A model generated the notes under the pieces. It saw only the letters and a list, made by a program, of their open reading frames with translations. It did not search any database and was not told the DNA's origin. Positions 25,535-37,457 of a stretch of 64,000 nucleotides of DNA are shown in pieces. Source of the stretch: Haplodiscus bocki (taxonomy: Eukaryota); NCBI GenBank assembly GCA_965655095.1, contig OZ296656.1:12710001-12774000 (forward strand), given 5' to 3'. Position 1 is the stretch's first letter. Each line of letters opens with the position of its first letter. A program made the position numbers and the translations under genes.

Positions 25535-28500
25535 CTTTAATAGATAGTGTATGTTTAACGCAACCTAAGAAAAATATAATATTCGTGAAGGAATATATGT
25601 AATAAAGGAAGTAATTTTACCCATTAAATTTACGTGCAACTCACAATCGATTCTCCTTCATGCTGCAAAAATAACATACTTTTCAAAAACTAACCGTTGA
25701 AAGCAACAACGAAGAAGTTTGCGCACTAAAATTTTGAAAAATTCCCCGGATTTACATTTGAAAATCTCAACACTTCCGTTAAAAAAGCGCATCAAATCTA
25801 ATTTCTTTGGCAATTTGTCGAGTAACTGCCTCTTACAAGTCGTACTGTACTTTGCAAAACAATTTGAGTTGAAAGTTTGAAGACTTTCGAAATGCTTCTG
25901 AAATTGTTAATTTAACTGGAGATCCTATACGGAACGCGCACCGTTGCTTCCTAAAGCATGTTTTTTTCATTCAAATACTCGGAACTGTTTTCACACTCGG
26001 AAGTAAAAGTGCCGCCAAACATTTCCAGTGAGGATAATTTTCATGCGTTTACGCTTTCCAGGAGTTTCAAAGTTTTAAAGGAGACCAATAGCTGCATAAA
26101 AGCATTAGTAAGGGGAAATTTTGAATACTTCACATATATCACAAGCTGTCTGAAAGTTCTAGGCAAAACCACCAAAAAATAGAATACCATAGGCATGAAG
26201 GATGCTAGCTAGCCTTTAAGCGTTAAGAATTTAGCAAAATGAAAAACTTGGGGTTAAGAGAATTTAGGGAAAAATCCAACCACCTCGAAAAATTGCACGC
26301 TATTCAGAGTTGATAATTCGATTTCGATGGCGGCCTGCTGATCAAATTCTTACGTTTTGAATAGTTTGCCATTTTTCACGCTTTGTGAATCAACGATTTT
26401 TTTTTACCCGATGAATGGTCTCCATTTTGAACACACGCGAAAGCGAACCCCGCAACACATTCTGACTGGTCAGTTGAGATCATGGATCCACAAAGTATTT
26501 TGAACCATGATCGGAGATATGATTGACATTTTCAGCTAAACTACACCAACCAGCTGGCAATCAAGAGTTTGATCGGAAAAGTCAAATTGAAACAAGTACC
26601 TGTACCAGGTTCTCATACTCCAAATTTGAAAGCTCAATCATGCTTTTTCAGCTTACACCATTTTGCCGCCCAATATTTAGGAAGTTTGCACAGCAAACTG
26701 CGAAAATGAACAAGTACCTGCCAAGAAAGCCGATTTTGACCGTTTTGTACACTAGATTCCGTCATAACGTCAAAAATGCAAGTTTTGGACAGTATATAAC
26801 TAAGAAAACTAAGCATGAGCCGTTGTCAAAAAACATTTTTTATTTCAGTCAGAATGTTTCAAAAGCGGAAAATGCGAATTACATTAACAAAATTGAGAAA
26901 ATTTGAATCAAGTGTCCGAAATTTAGGAGTAAAAAATGACGTTCTGTCCAGCTCAGGGAGACCGAAAAAAAGTAAACAACGAAGAAAAAGTCAAATAATC
27001 AGAAGAATTATCCGGTTCACCGTAGCTGTCAGTCTCATTCAGTCGGTCAATCATGCCAGCGTTCGCGGAGCGCGAAAACATTTTTTGCAGAAATTAAGAT
27101 CCACCCAACTTTTTGACAGTTGTTTCATTGAAAATATTCAATGAACTGTCAAACAAGCTAGTTCAGAATGGCTCAAATAGTCTTGCCATTGAAAAATGTA
27201 GGGCTTCGTTTTCAACAAAGCTCCCATGTTCTCCAATCGCTAGCCCTGTCTGTAATTGGAAGCCCTTGTTACAGCTTAAAGCAGACTTTGTTTAAAACTT
27301 TGACACAATAATAATTTCATAATATTCTGAAACTTCTGAGCTATAGTCTCCTAAAATTAAAATGGTCCGTCCAACAATCAGCTTCAAATATGAGTCCGGC
27401 GGCATTCTTCCTTCTGGTGGAAGTTCAAAACTAAAAAAAATGCTTCAGAAAATAAAGGTCTGAAGATTCATCTTATGGAAATAGTATCCAGGGAAACCAC
27501 ACTGCATGTGAGGAAACCTGTTTTGAATTGTCTTTTTTACAACGATCATTATTATTGCCTGATTGATTCAAATGTATTCTCCATGGTTTCGACATAACGT
27601 TCATAAGGTTACTTAAAACATTCAAGTATGGCTACGGTAACCCTCTGGCATTGTAGCCTAACTCACGAAGCCTATCAGGTCTCGAAGCTGGTCTCTTAAC
27701 GCCCTCGGGCACCCAATAAGAATGTTAAAATATACTAAACTATCAAACCAGTGACATAGAGGAAACTCATAATTTTGAAGGTATCATTTAGATTTTTATC
27801 CAACCAGCTTAAATTGGGCAATAATTTCAAGTTTGATCTTCTCAGATGGACAAAATTCAGGTAAGTTTGATCGCTATTTCCAAATAAATAGCTTTTTACC
27901 TCAAAGTCAAAGGTTTTCTCTAACGTTGCTTCGATGCGTAACGTGTCTAAACTCAGAAATTTTGACGCTGACAATTTTTAAAACTTACCTCATAATTTGA
28001 ATGAAAGGTGGTCTCAAACAAAAATTACTCCGAATTCAAAAACTGCCACAATCTGAAAATGCAAAGAATACCTAGACTATGGTACCCTTCTCCATCAGAT
28101 ATCAGATTTCAACTGCAAACCGGAGTCCGCCGGTTCTTGCGGACTTCTGGATCATTCAAAGCCAAAATCATAACAGAAGCGAAGGGGAACTTCGCAACAC
28201 ATTCTGACTATTCAGTTGATATCAAAGACGAAATCTACACATCAAGGGTCCAGAGAGACATTCGAGCCTTCATCGCATACATGATTGAGCTTTACAAATA
28301 CTGCACCATACGTCTATCAAAAGATTGTTCGAAAAATTAGAATTGATACAAGCCCTTGTCATGTTGTCTAATACTCGAAAAGTTGATCTGTCAACTTTAT
28401 ATCTTATTTTAGATTCATTTTTCCGCCCAATGTTTTGAAAATTTACATATTGAACAACGCGAAAATAAACAATACTAGGTTTCCCAAAAAACGTTACATG

Positions 28501-28656
28501 AAAAACAAATTCGAGCTTCCAAAATGACTAATATTAGTCAATTTTGGACAAGTCAATCATGAGGACTTGTGACTCTTTAATGAAACATCAAACAGAAATT
28601 TGCATGAATTCGGTCACATAAGTGAAAACAACTTTCATAATCTGAACCTAAATTTT

Positions 28657-29164
28657 AACAAGACACCCGGCTACCTCCGGGAAATTTTGCGCCCTCCAAC
28701 ATTGTTAAAGATGCCTTTTAGAAGGATGGAAGCGTTTTTTTTAAAATACTCTGTTCATCATATTTTCTAACTTTTCCAACTTTAAATTTTTTCTGATTTT
28801 TGTCAAAAAGCTTCAAAAATAAGATGGAAAAACATTTTCAAGAAAAAATATCATTTGAACCGCATTCTAGAAAAAAATTGTCACATGTAGCGATTTTGAA
28901 AAATTAGAAGTTTTTTTCGAAAAAAAAACCAATCTATTTTTCCAAAAAAACTCATTTGCGAAATCCTACTTTTCCAGTCGCATTCTACGGCCAATTTGCT
29001 ACAAATTAGTGAAAAGAACATTTCACGTTCAGAAACGTGAACGAACATCGTTTTAGTGAGAACGCAATTGGCAAACATCGGGTTTTAAAAAAAAAACGTC
29101 AGAAATAGCCCATTTGAGAGGAAGATTTTGCTTCCATATTTTAAATATGGCGCAAAATAACAAT
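28657..29164 (-). mobile_element. Non-autonomous Helentron-associated element, copy 2 (in a predicted intron)
   Basis: Homologous to 16096-16598. Sub-TIR ATTTTGCGCC (28684-28693) / GGCGCAAAAT (29149-29158); hairpin CCCGG-ctacct-CCGGG (28666-28681); terminus AACAAG at 28657. Confidence 0.75.
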
Positions 29165-29529
29165 GAGATTCAGGGCATGTGTCAATTTCAAGAAATCGCA
29201 ATTGTTACATGCAACGTTTTGTGGGGATACCTAATACAAGTTCACATTGTCTTATATTTAGAACATTATCATCTGAAAACATTGCCTTTTAGATGGCTGT
29301 TGTTATTTTTTCAGACTCATTTTCAAAAAATTTGCACTTTTCACGACGCGAAAACAAACAAGTACCAGCCAAGATGTTTCAAAAATGATCTTTTTTGACC
29401 GTTAAACTAGATAACTTAACCCTCTGGTGCCGTCACAGAATGCAAGTTTTGGACAGGATCAAAAAGCCATGCATAAGCAGGTTTTCAATACATTCTTCCT
29501 TTCAGTCAAATAGTGTGAAAAATTATTAC

Positions 29530-29951
29530 CGGTCGGAAAGACTTTGAGATGTTTTAACAACAGCAGGAGAAACTCTCTCAGCCTCTTCGTTCTTGTGCTC
29601 TGACCGATAATACCCGTTATGAACAGAATTCTCTCGGTTATCCCTTTGCATGCTCTGATCCCCGTGAGAATTTTGATCCATATCTTTCGTTTCGGTACCC
29701 ACAAAAACTTTCGACACAGAACTTCCTCCAAAAAGAGACCAATGTCGCGTCAACACATAGTTTTCGCTTGCTTCCTTTATGGGGGCAGCAGGTCTAAGAT
29801 TTTCGGATTTGCGGGAAGTCGGGCTGCAACGAACTGGCGATTCTTTTGTTTCAACTGCTCGAGGCGAGTCTTTCACATTTGAGGATTTTCGAGAGTCGTG
29901 GCTTGAGTTCCTGCTGCTTCGATTCTCCTGCATGAATGAAGAACTAGTAAA
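29530..29951 (-). CDS. Internal coding exon, Ser/Arg-rich with SP motifs
   Basis: Acceptor TTTCTTCCTTAG (AG 29953-29952, phase 0), open frame FTSSSFMQENRSSRNSS..QSLSD, donor CG|GTAATA (GT 29529-29528, phase 2). Confidence 0.65.
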
Positions 29952-30679
29952 CTAAGGAAGAAACTCATTTCGTACAAAACAGGGCCAAGGATCCACAAAA
30001 TATGCGAGCGGGAAAATCCACGGGGCAACTAACAAACAATTTCTGTTGAGTTTTGAAACCGATTTTGCTCCAATTCATTCAGATAAGAAGCTAGCAATAA
30101 AATTGACACTTGAGGGGCATAGAATTGCAAACCCAACAACATGATTATTTTTCTCATTCAGTGCAATATAAAAATACTCTATCGTCGGTCGCTTTTTGTT
30201 CAAGTAAACTAGCCATTGCACAGTTTTGAGATTATCTTAATTTTTTTCGAATCGAAATTGACCAAAGATTACGAGCAAAATCATAATTTGTGGTCGAAAA
30301 CTTTTTAAAGTTTTTTTCAAACTAAAAGTCGTCTTTATCGAAAAATTCTTATGTTTGAAGACAAGTTAATTTTTGAATAAGTTTTGGGCATATCAACAAA
30401 CATTTGAGCATCAGATATTAAAATTTTGAAATTTTTGAAAATAAATAAAATTGGTAGTTTCTTTTATTTCAAAGATTGGCAAAAAAGTCACTGAAAAAAC
30501 CCAGGTGATTTGGTTGTCATCCATATCAATTGAAAAAACCTTGAAGCTTCCAAAAATTCTGCGAAAAAAATTTAGCTCGAAATTTTTACAGAATCTCTAA
30601 ATCAAGCTTTCAAGAAGTGCACTGTTTTTGTAATGATGAATAGACCTCTCCCTATAAACACAGCACAATTCGTCTGCAC

Positions 30680-30750
30680 ATGAATGCTTTATTTTTCACA
30701 ATATATGAATGCTTTATATTGCAAAATATAGAGAATGCTTTATTTTTCAC
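30680..30750. repeat. Three tandem copies of a 25-26-bp unit
   Basis: GAATGCTTTAT at 30682, 30707 and 30733. Confidence 0.7.
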
Positions 30751-33226
30751 TCACCTACAGTACTGATATTAATAAAGTGCTCTGAGCAAATATTGAGAAA
30801 TTTTCTAGCTCATTTTCTCAAAGCACAATGATTTTACGAGGAAACAGTAAAAGCAAAATATCTTCGATTTTTCATTTAATTTTATTGGCTCCAAAATCGG
30901 ACCAATAGTTGAAAAGTTATGACAACCCTGATTTTGGACATTTTCGAAAAAAATTGAGGTTTTTCCTGAAAACCTCCGGAAGAAACACAAAAACATTCAG
31001 GACCATTTTTGCAGCGTTGAATCTCTCTCTAAATCTTTGACTTCTACAATTTTCTGGAAAATGAAGTCCTTAAAAGTTCATAACTTGACTGGAATGAAAT
31101 TTCTATACATTGTTTAAGAAAGTTCATCGGTTTTTACAGTTCAGATCTCAGAAAATTTTTAAGAGCAAAAGAGATTCAAAGCTGTAAAATGGTGCATGTT
31201 GAGTTTTTCTGCCTCCTTTGAGGGTTAAAATTTTTAGTTTTGATGCATGGATAACAATACTTCATAATCTTGGAAGCGTTGTAAAAAAAATTTGGACCAA
31301 TTTGCTCATCATGGTTTCGGGTGGATTCTAAGGTTTCATTTGAACCCATCAAATCAAATCTAGATTATTCATCCAATTAGGTGCTTAAAATCTGCAAAAA
31401 GTTCAACAATTGGGGTGTCAAACTCTTTGAAATTTGGTCCAATTTTCACCAAACAAAAACCTTTAAGATCATATCAATATTCCAAAAAAAAAATATTTTG
31501 TTCTCACTACTTTTTCTTTAATTTTTTTTGGTTTTTGAGCTTTGAAAACGTTAATTTTTGCTCAGGCGTTCACTTAATTAAAATCAATACTGAAGTTAAC
31601 ACTTTGGGAGAGAAGTTTCAGACACGAACATATATCATGGAATTTACATGTACATAATGGTGGATAGGAAGCAAAATAATAAATTTAATGTAGAATTCAC
31701 TTTAAGAATTTTAGGATGAATCCAAATAAGAGAAGCGCGCTCTTTCTTCAATAACAACAAGTATGAAAGTTTCACTCCACAGATCCAATCGTTGAAAAAT
31801 ATCGAAACTTTCATAAATTCTCTTAAAAATCTTTTACATGTAAACAAAAGAAAGAAAAGAAAGATTATGCGAGATGTGACAGATGAACGTTACGTAATTC
31901 CACGTTTTGTTGAGCGCAAAAGGTTTTAAAAACTTCCAAACAACTCACACAGTAAAAATGGTCTTGTCAAAACACTGATCTCTACATTTTTTTCTTGCAA
32001 CGAAACTTGAAAACTAGTAAACTAAAACTCGAAGTAGAAAAACTCACCTGTCAAAAAACTTCAATAATTTTACATGAAATTTTCAGACAATTCTTTCTTC
32101 ATATCCATGCTATATTTTTTTCAATGCTCCTGGAGATGAATAATTTCGAGGCTTCTGCCTCGAATTTCAGTTTCAAAATGAGACCTCCTTCGTTTCGAAC
32201 CATCCGCATGCGAACGAGTGGTTGTTTTTACATCACCACGTCTAGAACAAGATTGAGCATGCGGGTTTTTTAAATTATGCTTCTTTCCACTTATTTTGTC
32301 CATTCTTTCCAAAATTTTAACCGTCAAAAATAGTAATGTTCAAACGTAAAATAACAGAATGTTCTTTAAATATTTGACAACTTCAAAATTTGATCGAAAA
32401 ATCAAAAATTAGCTCTAGTGCCAATTTATTTATGCTAACACTTGTTTAACAATATGTTGAAACACAAAAGGCTTTTAGAAAAGTAGCTCGAAACAAAAAA
32501 AAACAGATTCTTCGCAACAAAAGCCGAATGCTTGACACGTGTCAATAGTTGTACCAGAGGATTGAGGTTTATATCAGGGGCTCGCACTCTTCGCCACCTC
32601 TCCTGGGTTAATTGGAGTTTTGTGTGGGAGAAGCAGTGACAGTATTCACATAGGATACTCCATGTGCAAAGTATGTTCTCAAGGTAGCAGTAGTCAAAAT
32701 AATCCCAGTATCATTTTATGCATTCGAAGCTCAAATTGTTTGGTATGTCTATCATTTCCCACTAATTTACACTATAAAGTGCGCCAAAAAAGACACTCAG
32801 TATTATTCTATTTCTCCCAGATTGTGGCATTGAATTGCACAAGTTTGCACATAGACAAATTTTAAATTGGTTACCCAATGGTACTGGCTTTAACATTTCC
32901 GATGAATGTCAATTTCAGAAATTTTGGTAGAAATAAAGTACTTGAAAGGATGATTTCGGTCACTAAAAGTATAGAAGGATCGATTGTATGCAGGTTTGTG
33001 AAATTATTTGTCAAACATAACGAAAAAAAACTCGAATTTCAAATATTTAGATTGATACGGTACATTGTTGAAATCATGAAGAGATTTCGGACAACAGAAC
33101 GGCCCCATATGGATTTGAAAAGATAACTTTTTTCTTTCTTCCAGTGTATGAAAGAAGTTCCCAGATTTTACAGAAAGAGCGCGCTTAAAGCAGGTTAAAA
33201 TTAACTCCTGCAAAATATCAAAAAAG

Positions 33227-33955
33227 TCAACAGAAAATTGTCAAACGTGACAGATTTTTTACCCGCTTTCCTTCGTTTGACGATCGACCTGCTACAACGT
33301 GCTGTTTCATTTCGGCCATTTTTTCTCCATCGGAACATCTCTCAGTTTGGTTTCTTCTTTTATCCAGCAAAACTAAATGATCTAGATACAACTGAAGTTG
33401 TATTGGGTGTCCGCGCGCCGCTGCAAATTTTTCTATAGCGAGTGTTGGAGACCACCCATAGTTACAAATTAAATATTTGCAAATAAGAAACCCCGTTTGG
33501 TTCACACCAGTCAGACAATGCACTCCAATATGAGATGGTCTGTTCTGCATTCCAAGAAATTTATCTACTCTGTTAGCAAACAGCTCATAAACGTACTCGT
33601 CAGGAAGTTCATTTTCTTCTGAACAATACAGACGACAGTATTCAATGCCTCTGCTTAGTAAAATCGATTTGTCGTAGAACGAAGTTTGTGTCAAGTCGAT
33701 AACTAATCCTATTGTCACCGATCGGTCCTGCAAAACACTGAAAAGATGATCCCAAGAAAAATCAAAGCGTTCTTCATGATCATAGTTTGTATCCTGAGGA
33801 AGAGGAGCTTTAAAAGGCACGAAAATATCGAGTTTGTCTCCAAGATTTGAGTATTCATACCATTCTTTTGGACACATTTGGCAGCCCTTCTCATTTGCCA
33901 TGATCAACTTCTGAAAAATGGCAACAACTTTGCGATCCACTGATAAGTTATTCAT
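33227..33955 (-). CDS. DUSP11: DUSP11/PIR-1-like (baculovirus PTP / capping-enzyme triphosphatase family) cysteine-phosphatase domain with non-canonical active site; likely first coding exon
   Basis: Family motifs PKEWYEY..G..FVPFKAPL, IGLVIDLTQT.FYD, GIEY, LPD, IGVHC..G.N.TGFLICKYL, AIEKFAAARGHPI..YLDHL. The P-loop reads HCLTGVNQTG rather than HCTHGxNRTG. In-frame TGA directly before the ATG; candidate donor CGG|GTAAAA at 33262. The symbol denotes family membership, not proven orthology. Confidence 0.9.
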   Translation of the reverse strand: MNNLSVDRKVVAIFQKLIMANEKGCQMCPKEWYEYSNLGDKLDIFVPFKAPLPQDTNYDHEERFDFSWDHLFSVLQDRSVTIGLVIDLTQTSFYDKSILLSRGIEYCRLYCSEENELPDEYVYELFANRVDKFLGMQNRPSHIGVHCLTGVNQTGFLICKYLICNYGWSPTLAIEKFAAARGHPIQLQLYLDHLVLLDKRRNQTERCSDGEKMAEMKQHVVAGRSSNEGKRVKNLSRLTIFC

Positions 33956-34859
33956 TCAACAGTAGCTACAAATACGGGACATCATAAACATGAAATCTGT
34001 GAAGAATTTCTAACCATGGAGAAAAACTGTATTGATTGACACTAGAAAAATAAAATAACACAATAGAATATTTCAAAAACAAGAACGAAAACTGAAGACG
34101 GCGTTGCAAATATTTTTTTTCATAAAGCAAAAACATGAACATTTTTCTCACTCTGTAATGCCCCGTTTAGCAATTGCTGGGAGAAACTAAGCTTGACAGC
34201 GCACCATCAAAAAATCAAATACAGACTTTCACATTACAAAACAAAAAACTATCCGCCGCAATATTGCAAAGCATGGGCAATAAAAGGCTCAGTGCTAGGA
34301 TCGCGGTAAAAGCTTCGCGAAAAAAAGCGAAAACTCGCCATCACTTTCTATTTGCAGCCTCGACGCCTCAAAAATTTGATTTAAAATATAAAAGAAAGGA
34401 CATTTAAAATTGCCTTTTCAATGAAGACAGAATTCCGAGTTCGTCCCGAAAAGCCTATCAAAAATGCTTGACCCCAACCAATAGAAAAAAATGTAAAGAT
34501 TCCCGACAAACTTCAAGATATTTTCCGCCTTCCCATTTAGGGAACAATCGTTGAAGGAGACCAGCGTAATTGGGAAATGTCAAAAAATTCAAAACGAGGG
34601 GCCAAAAAAGATCTTTTGGATTTTTTCTTCGAGAAGCCTAAATTCCCGCAATGGAAACATTTTTTTCAGAAAGGCTACAATATTAGATGAATCTACAAAG
34701 TTGGGAAGATTTGGCGAAAACTTTCACGGTGCAGTTTTGCAGATCATTCAATTCGCGAAGTTGATGAAAAAAAAATATTTTCAAATGGCACATCGACAAT
34801 TCTATGAATCATCTTCAACAATTCGTAGATTTAAGCCGAAGGGTAACACTTGCCAATTG

Positions 34860-35480
34860 AGTCCTAACTTGTGACTTTGATCTTTGTATTACTGGAACGT
34901 GGCTGACAAGTCATGTGCCAGACGGCGCATTTCTACCGAACTTTAACATCAGCAGGAGTGACAGATCATCAGAACAAACTGCACCTGTTCTCGGACGAGA
35001 GAATTGCGTAATTATATAGTTAACGAAAGATACTAGTATCATCCACGCTAGATTCTACAACGCCCTTATTCCAGTAAGGAGCAATGGGGAGTCGATGAAA
35101 TCGAAAATCGCATCTTCCTCTTGCTGGCAGAGAAAAATAACCGAGTCTGTGACTCCATCATTTTTACTGGAGCTCTGATCTTCTCGTTGACGGACTGGAA
35201 ATCAATAACATCAGATAACACCCAAGAGTTCGAAAAAATGAAAGACCATGCCAACCACAACTTCCAAGAGCATTCATTAAAGTATTAAATAGTTCAATGT
35301 GTGACGGGCCTGGCACACGAAGACATCTTTCTTCAAAATCAGGATGCCACCAGTGCAACAAAACCAAAAAAAACTGGCTGCTATGTCAAAGCTGCCAGAC
35401 GTGTCAGAGGGTGCTCGCATGGGCTTCTGGAATGAGTTAAACTTTCTTAAGAGATCCCCCATTTGTGGTCTTTCTGCGCA
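34860..35480 (+). mobile_element. LINE APE-endonuclease fragment
   Basis: LCITGTWL (degenerate ITETWL), FNISRSDR, FYNAPYSS, IIFTGALIF..DW (degenerate GDFN). Confidence 0.65.
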
Positions 35481-35617
35481 GCTTGTCTACCGGGTATTCT
35501 GAAGACAATGCAAAGTGAAAAACCTGCCCCTGAAAATACGGAAGTCGCAACCGACATAAAGCCAGACAGTCGAAGCTGTCGGATCCATGGTTGGAAAACC
35601 CGTGCACGATGACCAGC

Positions 35618-36620
35618 TGTTGTGCCCCGAAAGTGAGGAGTTAGCGCAACGCATGGTCATTTCTCGAACATGACGTTCACGCGTTCCAGCGGGTCCCATT
35701 CAGTCCGACCCGCTAACAGACCACATAAATCTACTCATCTGAGGATTGAGTAATTTGCTTGTTTGATCCGTTCGTTACTCAATGTGAGCGTCCATTCACT
35801 GGCAGACGTCTCGATCTCTTGAGGGTTCTTTTCTGATTCATGCCTCAGTCCTAAAACAATCGTATGAGAAGAACTAAAAAAAGTGTCCTGAGTGCCTGGT
35901 CCGTTTTCGTTTGGCCCATTGGCTGAGGTGAAAAGCTCGTTAATGTTGAATCAGTGAAGTTTTGCTGAAAGTGATTCGTGACTAAAATCAGTGTGGTATT
36001 GAAGCAAGCGGAACTACAGATGTACAAAAAACTAAAGTCAGAAAGAGGTTATTGTTAGGCCAAATGAGAATGTATTTCACGAAAATACAAGAGTTTGAGT
36101 AGCATAGTAACACCGGTTGAACCGTAGTCAGCGGTCAGTCAATGTTTTGTCAAGATTAGTTGTGCGGAGGGGTTATGGCTTACTTGCGGACGCAAATAAG
36201 TCAAGTGACAATTTGGGTGCCTCTCCTCGAAGCGCATATTCACACTTAAACTTCACATTATCAGCTGGCATCGAATATCCTTCTAAATGAAGCACTACTA
36301 ACGTCAAACCTTCTTCTCCTGATAAACTAGTTGCTTTTGACCACACGAGTAATATAAAGAAAGTGCGTCTAGTTGAATCAAAAATTCATTTCCTCACTGA
36401 AAACACTAAACGGCATCGATGGTGATTCCTTTGAAAGACAGAATTTACCTTTTTACGGATGACTGCAACTAAACGTGTTTTCTTAGCACCGGTGGAGAAA
36501 AGACTCGAAACAAACCAAGCAGTACGTCTACCACAATTTAAAGCAGTTTCCGGGCACAGTTTTTTGAAGAGCCCTTGAGTGATTTCTGCTGGAAATCCCT
36601 CTCAACATTGCACTACAACA
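35618..36620 (-). repeat. LTR-like direct repeat (3' LTR of the minus-strand element)
   Basis: Begins TGTTGT and ends ACAACA (1003 bp); alignable throughout with 49271-50275 (shared blocks such as CATCTGAGGATTGAGTAA and AGTGAAGTTTTGCTGAAAGTGATT). Similarity may extend ~25 bp further right. Confidence 0.8.
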
Positions 36621-37257
36621 GCGATGAAAAATGAACAATCGAGAATGAGGTGTGGTAAGGCTCAATCTCGTTGAAAATTTTGTTGACAAGCAACTTTAAC
36701 TGCAACCTGAATGATGTGCAAAAGGGCTCGATTTAACTAATGGTTTTGGGGAAAGATGGTACGAGCTGCACTATTGGAATAAAGAGTGTGTCGGCTTACT
36801 CTTATCAAAACATTTCAATGTTGCACCCAAACGCTACACTAAAGTGAAAATTTTTGCAGCTCAATTCCGATTGGTTGGAAATTGTGGAAGGAGTGCGGTT
36901 AAGTAGCACGGCGATGATCTGAAGTAAAGCACAACCTCAAAATATGATTGTAATTTATGGGAATGCACTGCGTTTTCGAGTGACTGGTGATGCAGCTCAT
37001 TCTACCATACAAAAGCCATAGAGTGTGATAAAACGGCAGCGATGAACACCACATCCCAATTATTACCTGATTTACGGAATATGGTGCATAACTTGGAGAG
37101 CATGAAAAGGGCCTGCTGAGTGTATTTCTCCAATCTCATAATTATAACATCATCGCATTCATAACGTTGAGGGAAAAAATCAAACCATATAATGGATAAT
37201 TTTCAAATGCTGCAAGTGTTTCATTGTATTGATTGATATTAAATAGATGTAGGGTCT

Positions 37258-37457
37258 NNNNNNNNNNNNNNNNNNNNNNNNNNNNNNNNNNNNNNNNNNN
37301 NNNNNNNNNNNNNNNNNNNNNNNNNNNNNNNNNNNNNNNNNNNNNNNNNNNNNNNNNNNNNNNNNNNNNNNNNNNNNNNNNNNNNNNNNNNNNNNNNNNN
37401 NNNNNNNNNNNNNNNNNNNNNNNNNNNNNNNNNNNNNNNNNNNNNNNNNNNNNNNNN
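37258..37457. other. N gap / masked sequence (200 N)
   Basis: Run of N. Confidence 1.

Noticed and set aside
32048-32327. R/S/K-rich ORF and strong donor CAG|GTGAGT as a coding exon of the RS gene
   Set aside because: All three frames hit stops before the donor and no phase-compatible acceptor was found; it could be UTR or a decayed exon.
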